Positions 53,901-64,000 of a stretch of 64,000 bases of DNA are shown one piece after another. A model generated the notes under the pieces. That model did no database searches and was not told the origin of the DNA. It saw nothing but the letters and a program-made list of their open reading frames with translations. The number at the start of each line of letters is the position of its first letter. The first letter of the stretch is position 1. Origin of the DNA: Felis catus (lineage: Eukaryota). A program made the translations under genes and the position numbers. The stretch lies in the NCBI RefSeq assembly GCF_018350175.1, contig NC_058382.1, positions 8,680,001 to 8,744,000 of the forward strand, in the 5' to 3' direction.

Positions 53901-56900
53901 TGACACGGTCGCTCGTGTGATGTGTGACTAGAGGGCTGAGGTCACAGGTCACACGTGATTTCCCCCAGTTTGCTGCTGATTGCCCCCCTCCCCCCCGATA
54001 TCAACAGCTGAATACGTAGTTCATCAACACGACTGAATGGGGCCAGGTCTCTCAGAGGTGTCCCCAGCGCCCATTCGCTCCGCCGTCCTCTTTTACGAAG
54101 GCGTTGGCTCCCTTTATTATTATTATATTTTTTACATTTATTTATTTTGAGAGAGACAGAGACAGCATGAGGGTGGGAGGGAGGGAGGGAGAGAGAGAGA
54201 GAAAGAAAGTCCTGAGCGGGGATTCGATACGGGACTCAAACTCACAAAACTGTGAGATCATGACCTGAGCTGAAACCAAGAGTTGGATGCTTAACCAACT
54301 GAGCCACCCACGTACCCTGGCGTTGACTCCCTTTAGACACAGGCTCCGGGTTGGGGCTTATTTGCACTTGTCCCTCATTTGGGGACATTTTGCCGTGGCC
54401 CCAAACTCAACCCTTCCTCACACTCTTCAATCAAGATTGGTTTTGAGGCTAAGTAAATATCACAGTTGCTGTAGTATTTCTTTTTTTTTTTTAAGTTTAT
54501 TTATTTTGAGGAAGAGAGAGAGAGAGTGTGAGCAGGGGAGGGGCAGAGAGAGGGAGGGAGAGAATCCCAAGCAGGCTCCATGCTGTCAGAGCAGAGCCTG
54601 ACACAGGGCTCAATCCCAGGAACGATGAGATCGTGACCTGAGCCGAACTCAAGAGTCGGATGCTTAACCGACTCAGCCACCCAGGCGCCCCCATAGTATT
54701 TCTTAACTTACGAGCAATTTAACAAACCTTTTTAAACTGTGCTTGCATAATAATTGGGGTAATGATTTTGCCAGTTTCATTTCGGCCATGGTTACAGTGA
54801 TGCATAGGTTTTGTGTGCTTGGCCCCAACCCTCTTTTTCTCATGAAGCCCTGTTACATTTGGTGCCTGTGTTTGCAGGTTATGGAGGTTTTTCGGAACAC
54901 TTACGTGAGAATTATTTTTTTTTTTAATTTTTTCATGTTTATTTTTGAGAGAGAGAGAGAGGCAGAGTGCAAGTGGAGGAGGGGCAGAGAGAGAAAGATA
55001 CAGAATCCAAAGCAGGCTCCAGGCTCTGAGCTGTCAGCACAGCGCCCGTCACAGGGCTCAAACCCACGAACGCCAGATCATGACCTGAGCCGAAGTCGGA
55101 CGCTCAGTGGACTGAGCCACCCAGGCGCCCCTACCTGAGAATTGTAATAAACTACGTGAACCATTTTTCAGGTTTGTTTAAGGTGTTCAGTGAGGCAGTG
55201 ATGAGAATTTTTCGTGTTTCCTGTCAAAACTACGTCTGGCACAAGAAAGTATCTTACAGGTTGTGAGGATGGAGTAAAATGGTACACATTGGCAACCAGT
55301 ACATACTTAGTAATTTACATCCTATCACCTAGCTCTAGATTTGTCCTCATTCTGAAGTCCTGGGACGAGTAAATTCCCTTTTCTGAGCCTCTTCGCTTCC
55401 CCTGCGAGAAACAGACTGTAATCAAACGCACTCACGTTCTAGTTTTGCGGGCTCAGTGATTTGCTCAAGTTGTCAGTAGACGGCGCTGTTGGGGCGTCTA
55501 TTGCGATTTCAAAGCGCAAAAGGGGAAAGCTTAAGTAGACCTTTCTCACTCCTTCCCGCAGCTGAGTGCACGGTTATGGGCATCCCCAGTATCTCCACCA
55601 ACCTCTCCGGCTTCGGCTGCTTCATGGAGGAACACATTGCAGACCCCTCAGCTTACGGTCAGCGCCCAGACCGAGAGCCGAGACTCTTGGATCCCGGGTG
55701 GGGGAAGGGAAGGGCTCCTGGGCCCCGGGATGGGGAGAGGGGTCCTGGTGCCACAGAGTCCCCGGGAGAATGAAGGTTTCCTTCGTCTGATTTCTGAGCT
55801 CTGCCCCGTCCTGGCCCCCACAGGCATCTACATTCTGGACCGGCGGTTCCGCAGCCTGGATGATTCCTGTTCGCAGCTCACCTCCTTCCTCTACAGCTTC
55901 TGCCAGCAGAGCCGGCGGCAGCGCATCATCCAGAGAAACCGCACGGAGCGCCTCTCAGACCTTCTAGACTGGAAATACCTAGGCCGGGTATAACTGCCTT
56001 CTTCCGGTCTCTGATTTGTCAGCTTCCAAGGCTGGCGCAGGGGGCCAGGGGTCCCCTACGCGAAACACTTGCGCTCCCTTTAAGAAATTAACCATCTTTT
56101 GCTGGTAGACCGCATTGGCCAGCGTTACCTTACTTGCATGAAGTGCGTGGCCAAGAGGTACCTGACCTAAGACCTCTGCCCCTGTGAATGGGGGCGTGGC
56201 TCAGAGACTGTCCATTCACAGCTCTGCTTATCGGCTTCAGGGGTGGAACCAGAAAGATAATTGGTATAGGGGCCGACTGGAAGGTGCCAGAAGGTGCTCC
56301 TCTGCCTAAAGAGTGTGGGCTAGGGTTTGCCACCTTCTACCTCTGCTGGGGGCGGTGTCTGGTTCCCTTCTGCTGACGCTCCCCCCCCTTCTTTTCCCCA
56401 AGTACTATATGTCCGCGCGCCACATGGCGCTGGCCAAGGCCTTTCCAGAACACTTCACCTATGAGCCCCACGAGGCTGACGCGGTGAGTGGACCCCGATC
56501 TCTCTGATGGGCCCGGAGCTAGAGGGCTGGGGTGGGTGCGCGTCCTTCCGGGAGTGGGAAGGCCCCGGGGCAAGCTGTCGGGCCCTCCCACACCCCACCT
56601 GCTCACTCCGGGTTTGTGCCCACACCCCCGTAACGCAGACCCAGGGCTACCGCTACCCTCGGCCGGCCTCCGTGCCGCCATCACCCTCGCTGTCGCGACA
56701 CTCAAGCCCTCACCAGAGCGAGGACGAGGAGGAGCCACGGGACGGGCCGCCCGACGTAGACGGGGAGCGCTACGATGAGGAAGAGGAGGCCGCCAAGGAC
56801 CGGCGCAACATCCGCGCCCCAGAGTGGCCGCGCCGCGCCTCCTGCGCCTCTTCCACCAGCGGGAGCAAGCGCGGCTCCGTGGACACAGCGCCCTCCAGCT

Positions 56901-56962
56901 CAATCAGCACTCCCAGCGAGCCCCTCAGCCCCGCCAGCTCCCTGGGCGAGGAGCGCAACTAA
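41941..56962 (+). CDS. GYS1: Muscle glycogen synthase, 737 aa, 16 exons
   Basis: Exons: 41941-42058, 43557-43738, 45761-45952, 46855-47040, 47294-47438, 48489-48606, 48926-49046, 49332-49438, 50742-50801, 50890-50968, 53256-53369, 53633-53759, 55562-55657, 55824-55987, 56403-56483, 56639-56962; total 2214 nt. [36 protein letters not shown]3 sites [25 protein letters not shown]. Confidence 0.99.
46088..53171. repeat. Dispersed ACTACAnnTCCCAG (ZNF143 SBS-type) motif family in GYS1 introns, often as inverted pairs
   Basis: More than 20 copies, e.g. 46270-46288, 46468-46487, 47531, 47605, 47996, 48212, 48272, 48766, 48830, 51381, 51746, 52190, 52275, 52441, 52569, 52629. Confidence 0.85.
47745..55131. 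mobile_element. Can-SINEs in GYS1 introns (mostly antisense)
   Basis: Approx. 47745-47938-, 49857-49985+, 51103-51355-, 51950-52120-, 52680-52828-, 52898-53109-, 54115-54318-, 54478-54692-, 54915-55131-. Confidence 0.88.
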
Positions 56963-59306
56963 GTCCCGCCGCCCCACACTCCCCGCCCATCCTGCCTCCC
57001 TCGTCCAGAGGGCGGACGCAGAATGGCACCGTTCCGAAACCCCACTCCACATCCCGAACCCGCCTTGGGGTCCGCAGCCCCGTCCCCTCCGCCGTACACT
57101 CCAGCCCTTCTAGCTCCTCTCTGGGAATCCCCGACACTCCGGAATCACAACGCCGTGCCTTTCCTGGGTTCCAGAATGCATACACTGTGCCCCGGAGCCC
57201 TTCGGGCCTGGCCTGGGCCTCCTCCCTCCCCGGGAGGGCCGGGCACCTGCCGTTACCCTGCCATGGTGCCAGGGGTTTTAGGAAACCTGGTCTGTTGTCA
57301 CACAGGCAGGAGGCTCCTGGAGCCCTTGTGGCTTGCTGATTTTTCAGCACACCGAAGATGCCATGCTCAGCTGTGGCCTGGGGGCCACCAAGCTCTGGAA
57401 ACCATGTGGTGTCCCTGTTAATGGGGCAATCAAGTCCACAGCTGGGGCACTTTCAGGGACTTAACTGAATCCAGAAGGTCCTCCATTTCAACTCCAGAAC
57501 TCGGGCTCCAGACCAGGGCACTCGCGTCCTTACTCTGATCTTAGCCCTTGTTGGGGTGTCTGGCTCTGCCTGGAGGGCCCCCCCCCCCACTCCTGCTCTT
57601 TTTCTCCATATTTTGGCCAAGGGGAGGTGGGGGGTGGTACAGAACCACTTGACTTCTCATTCCTATTGGAGAACATGCAGTCTGGGTCTAGATGCCTTTC
57701 TGGCCTTTTTTGAACCAGACCCTGTACCTCCTTCCCGGAGAGTCTGAGCTCTCCCCCCTATCTTGAGATTCCTGTGCCCTCCAGGGAATCCCCTTGCTGA
57801 GGACTGAAGGGGCCCGTCTTCCCCTGCCACAACCTCCGACCCCTAGGCCCACCGTAAAACCACTGGGTGCTAGGTCCCGGCTGCCAAATCTGGAACCTCA
57901 CCACTGTGCTGCTTCCCGGTCCCTTTCCCCGGTCTAGAATGGAACCCACTTGGTTCTAGAACTTTCATATTTACCTCGAGGCTCTTCCATCCTTAAGCTG
58001 TGTCCTGCCCCCCAGCTTTGGTGAAAGGGAGGGGCCCTTCACGCGTGCTGTGCTGTGTCTGACGCACTTGCTTTGCAAGTTGGGAGGGCAGAAGAGGTGT
58101 GATTGATGTGTGTCCAGAGATGAAAAAAAATACATCTATATTTAAGAATCTGAGGTTTGGTCCACTCTGAGGGCTTGCTGGGCCTCGCTGCCGGCCCCTC
58201 CCTCCTCTTGGCTTCTCTCTTTCCCTCCTCTTCCCCTCCTCCCGCTGCCGCACTACTGGGTCTCTGATACCCTGTCTCACTCCACTGCAGATAAAATATT
58301 TCCATCACTGCAAAAAGTTCTGTTGGACAGAACTAGCTTAGAACGTGTCCCCAGGGCACTGGTCTCTGGACTTCAGCCCTACTGCCCCCCTGGATGGCTC
58401 TATTTCTGGGAAAACGGTTTTTTTTTCACTTCTCGTCTTCACTAGAGTGCATCTCCAAGCCAATCACATTTCGGGGAGTAGAAAACTAGATTCGCACGTG
58501 TGACCATCCTTCCCGTTAGCCACGGTGTTTGTGATGGACGCAGAAATCCCTTTCCCCTGCCAGAATCACGAGTGGCCACCGAAGTTGGGAGACAACAGGT
58601 GTGGTGTCAGAACAGAAGTCCAGGAGCCACTTCCTGTTAAGATTCTACCAGAAACGGAAGGGTCGGGGGGGGGGGGGGGGTCATAGTTTTGTAGCTTGGA
58701 CCCAGTAGCTGCCTGCTAATCCTCCTCAAGCTTGTTCAGTCCCCGTTTGGAGAATTTAGCCCTAAGTTTCACATCCCATTTCTGTGCGGAGCCCCACACC
58801 CCCAGCTCCGCACCTCTTGCACACTCTGTGCTCCCGCTGCTGGACATTAGTCATCAGAGCCCGTTTCTGGTTACTGTTTATCGTCTCTAAATGCCTCCTT
58901 CCAACTACCAACAGTAGGTCTTGCTAGACTCCTTGGGAGTCTGGGCTCTCCCCTGTAGGAGGGGCAGTTGCCAGCCCAGCAAAGCAGAGAACCTGCTACC
59001 CCACCCCACCCCCTGGGGAAGATCTGGCGAAGAACAGCAAAGACCTGGGGCCAACAGCACTCCCTGCGGGGGCGGAACAGCTAGAAGCCTTGCGAAAATC
59101 GGTACCACCTCATATCACACACGCCCCAAACCACCAGTTGCTGCAAAAAAGCTTTATTGTTTTCATTTGGTCCACGGCTTGGGAGAGGGCTCCAGGTTGG
59201 TTAAAAAGCTGCCTAGTGGCTGCAAGGAGAGACTCAGGCACAAGCCCTGACATCTGGGGGGAATGCCAGAGGGACCCTCTCGAAGGCTGCTGGGCTCCAG
59301 AGACTT

Positions 59307-60658
<1,352 letters not shown>

Positions 60659-61996
60659 TCAGGGACAGCGGTCAGCCAATCTGCGGTGTCGGGAGGCGGG
60701 GCTTGGAGCCTGCGCTTGACCAATCCGAGTTGATAGGAGTCCCAGACCCCCGCCCAGAGGTGGGGAAGTCACGCGCCAGTGCGCGAGGCTGTTGTGAAAT
60801 GGGGAAGTGGGGGTGGGGAGGTTACGGGGTGCAAGGGTCCTGGGGCTGGTTCTGGACAGTCAGGGGATTGTGTGTGGGGGGGTCTCTCTGGTGGGTGGAA
60901 GATTAATGGGGACACTGGGAGCCCTGGAAAATTATGATTCTGGGGTCTTGGGAGTGTCTCAGGAAAGTAGATTGGATTCTGGGGTTGTCTTAGAGCATGG
61001 ATCTTTCTGGCGCCCTGGAGGTTCCTCAGAGGTGTGGATACCTCCAGATGACTGGGGGTTGCTCTGGAAGATAAGGGGTCTCTGGATCATTACGAAGTTT
61101 GGAAGTCGGTGCGGTGAGATACTTCTGGAATCTTCAGGTATCTCTCTGATAGATGGGTTGAGAGAGGGACCTGGAGCCCTGGAGTTCACTAAAAGATTGG
61201 GAATTTCTGTAGCCCTAGAGCTGACAATGGAAGTTCATATTTTCTGGAATCTTCCCCTAAGAGGTTTGGGGGTCTTTAGGCTCATGAAGTGATCTTCAAG
61301 ATGAAAAGGACATTGTTCTTGGGATCCTCCCCCTTTAATCCCCCCTGTAACAGGGGAGAGGGATATTTCTGGAAGCCTAGTAGGGGCTTTTCTAAGAGGT
61401 AGGAGGACTTGGAGAGCCCTTTGGAGCCTTTGAAAGATTGGGCCACTTGGAATATCTTGGGGAAATGACACTCAAACTTTGGGTCTCTCTGAGGCTGCAT
61501 TTCCTGGAGACTATTCTGAGGGCAGCCAGACTTGAAATTCCCTTTGGCTCTGAAGCAGTCTCTCTTGTCCCTGTCTTGCCTCACACGCGCTTCTTCAAAG
61601 TCACAAAGAGAAGCCCTGCATCCTAGGGACCCAAGGAGGGTCTGGGGACCTGTGGATGGGATGTGTCTTTGACCAATGGACGTTTAAGTGTGTCAGTTCC
61701 AGGCTGGTGTCTGGAAGCAGATTGGCTCAACCAGGACCTGCCCTCAAGGAGCTCCCCGTCCTAGTTGATGGGGGGGAGGGGGGGAGACAAAGACAGGAAC
61801 TTGAACCTATTGCAGTGCCCTAATGGAGGTAGCAGGCAGGCTGAGCAGGGGAGCTAAAGCTACTGAGGCCTGCTTTGCAGAGGGGGCCCGCTCCAAGCAG
61901 CCCAGGCAAGGTGTCCTCTGACCAAGGGGACGCTGGACCAGGCTGGTATCTGGGGTCCTCAAGGGGCCCCTGGGCCAGTGGCCAGGAGAGCAGCGG

Positions 61997-62012
61997 TGCT
62001 GAGTCATGCTGA
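61997..62012 (-). promoter_or_regulatory. FTL: Antioxidant-response element (ARE/MARE; NRF2/BACH1) about 1.4 kb upstream of FTL
   Basis: TCAGCATGACTCAGCA on the minus strand, matching the ARE consensus TGACnnnGC and the known position of the FTL ARE. Confidence 0.85.
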
Positions 62013-63367
62013 ACTCAGCGGTAAGGGTCTCAGGCAGAGAGACGGGGTGGGGCCACTGACTGACCTCACGTCCTGCCAGACTGCTGACTGGCGGGGACCC
62101 CGGGAACTAGGCCTGGCTGGGATCCAAGTCTGGCCCCCTCCCCCCAGGGTGCCACCTCGAGTGTGCTTTGTCTCTGCATCTTACGGTCTTTTCGAGTTCC
62201 TCCGGCCTGTGGCCATATTGTCTCCTCTCTGGGCGGTGACTCAGTCTCCCTTCACTATCTTGTCTGACAGCTCTCCCCTGACTTGGTGTCTCTGGGGAGA
62301 GTCTATGGGGGAGGGGCAGGTGCTCCAGGCACACAGTCACAATGGGGCCTGAGTTACTCATTCACCAAATTTCAAACCTCAGCCTAAAGACCTTTAGCCT
62401 CCACCAGGCCCCACCTGCAGAGAGGGGTGACTTTGGAAATGCTCACAGGTAGAGGGAGAGGAAGGGGGGAGACAAAGATGATCTGAAGAAGGACCCAGAT
62501 CTTGGGGGTGAGGGGTAGACAGGGGATGGGGGAAGAGGCCCAGAGACAAGAGGACAGAAAGACCCAGAGAGAAGGGACAACAGACGCTGTGACTAAGTGA
62601 TTTCAATCTCTGATTTCCTCTTCTGTGTCCAATCTACTAGGCCATTTTGCAGTATCTGCACCCGGGCCTGTTCTCCGGGAGGGCCCCCCCCCCCCAGCCC
62701 ATCCAGCCTTGTCCCCTCCTCTCCGGCCACTCAGCACAAGCTCAGGCCTTGACCTCTCCCTTGGATCTTCTGGGCCCAGCCTTCTGACCTCGGGTAGCTT
62801 CCCCACAGGGCTCTAGAGCCCTCTCCTGGCCCACTGAGTCCTGCCACCTCCCCCCCGCCCCGCCCCATTCTCCACCTAAGTGTGCGACTTCCTCTGGTCC
62901 CATATGGTGGAAGCTTCCGAGGCCTAGTTCCCCAGGGCCTGCTGCCCTGTCCTACAGCCTGGACTCCACTGCCTGAGGGCTTGTCTTGCCCACTGCTGCC
63001 TGGAACACAGCACCACCATAGACCTCAACGCAAGTGATCTTCGGTCCCCTCCCAATTGTGGGCTTTTGGAGGGCAGAGCGGGGACCTAATCCCTCACTAA
63101 CCCAGAGGGCACTGGGCTCCCTCAAAAGATTTGCCGGCACATGAAGTCTGGTCTCCTGTGACAGCCAGGGAGAGGGCTCAGTGACTCAGACTCCGAAGTG
63201 AGGCCTGAAAGAGGTTTATTGCCCCCCACCAGACCTCTCCTCCCCCACATCCCCCCCCCCAATAATTACAAAAGTAAGAAAAATGCCCATGGCCCCCAAT
63301 TCCCACCCCTCCCGGAAAAATGCCATAATTTATGCAGAAAAGACACAGTCCAAGGCAGCTGGTGGCC

Positions 63368-64000
63368 TCAGCCCATCTTTTTCCAGATGGTGAGTGACGC
63401 AGTCAGCACTCCGGCCACAAAGATGGTCACTGTCTGCCACGTGGGTGTCCCAAAGTAGGAGAGGAGGCCGTCCTGCAGACAGGTACATGAGTCACTTCAG
63501 CAGCTGGGCCAAGGGGGAGCCCCTGCGCCAGCATGTGAGGAATCAGGGAGGGAGAGGGGCCTGGGAAAGGTCAAAGGGCATGAGTGGGGGTAAAAGCCTA
63601 AGATTAATGGATACTAAAGAGTTGGGGTCGTAGGGTTATCAAAAAACTTGACGGATTCCAGGGGAAGTGGAGGCACCAGGGAGAACAGGAGATACTAGTT
63701 AGGTCAGGGGTCACCGAGAGGTCAGGGGTCACCGAGAGGTCATGGGGTCACTGAGAGGTCAGGGGCGACCAGATGAGTCAGGAATTGATCAGATGTGTGA
63801 GGAAATGCATTATAGACCCCATCTGATGATCCAGAATCAGGGAGGACAACACTGTGTTGGGCTCAGGAAGACTCAGGGGTCTCAGAGTAGTAGGGGTGGG
63901 AGGAGGTTAGGGGCCTCACCCAACCACCCTGGTCCTGGATCCAGCCCAGCAGCCGCTCTCGAAGGAAGTCCAGTGTCCAGCCCATGATGGTCCGGATCAG
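63368..64000 (-). CDS. BAX: Apoptosis regulator BAX, last two exons (partial, continues beyond the window)
   Basis: Exon 63920->64000 LIRTIMGWTLDFLRERLLGWIQDQGGW (BH2) and exon 63368-63472 DGLLSYFGTPTWQTVTIFVAGVLTASLTIWKKMG*. AATAAA at 63215-63220 (minus). Confidence 0.98.
63701..63770 (+). repeat. 18-19 bp tandem repeat AGGTCAGGGGTCACCGAG (about 4 units) in BAX intron 5
   Basis: Directly visible tandem units. Confidence 0.9.

Overview
Mammalian genomic DNA, almost certainly a felid: dense carnivore tRNA-derived SINEs of the felid SINEC_Fc type and a cat-like LH-beta sequence. It is syntenic with human 19q13.33. Gene order: CpG-island promoter at the left edge (probably SNRNP70, inferred from synteny only), KCNA7 (+, start codon hidden in a 140-N gap), NTF4 (+), an intact 5-exon SAXO3-like gene (+) missed as a unit by the ORF track, single-copy LHB (+, no CGB cluster), RUVBL2 (-, 15 exons, 463 aa), GYS1 (+, 16 exons, 737 aa), FTL (-, 4 exons, with IRE and ARE) and the last two exons of BAX (-). 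The most unusual structure is a set of more than 20 ZNF143/SBS-type ACTACAnnTCCCAG motifs inside GYS1 introns 3, 5, 6 and 10, many arranged as convergent inverted pairs spanning about 70-90 bp. Other notable signals: MSR1-type 36-38 bp minisatellite clusters near promoters, no canonical poly(A) signal seen between the NTF4 stop and the LHB 3' end, a tandem nuclear-receptor half-site array in BAX intron 5, a cryptic CTP frame in LHB, and an in-frame uORF upstream of NTF4. All coordinates were read by eye; repeat boundaries are approximate.
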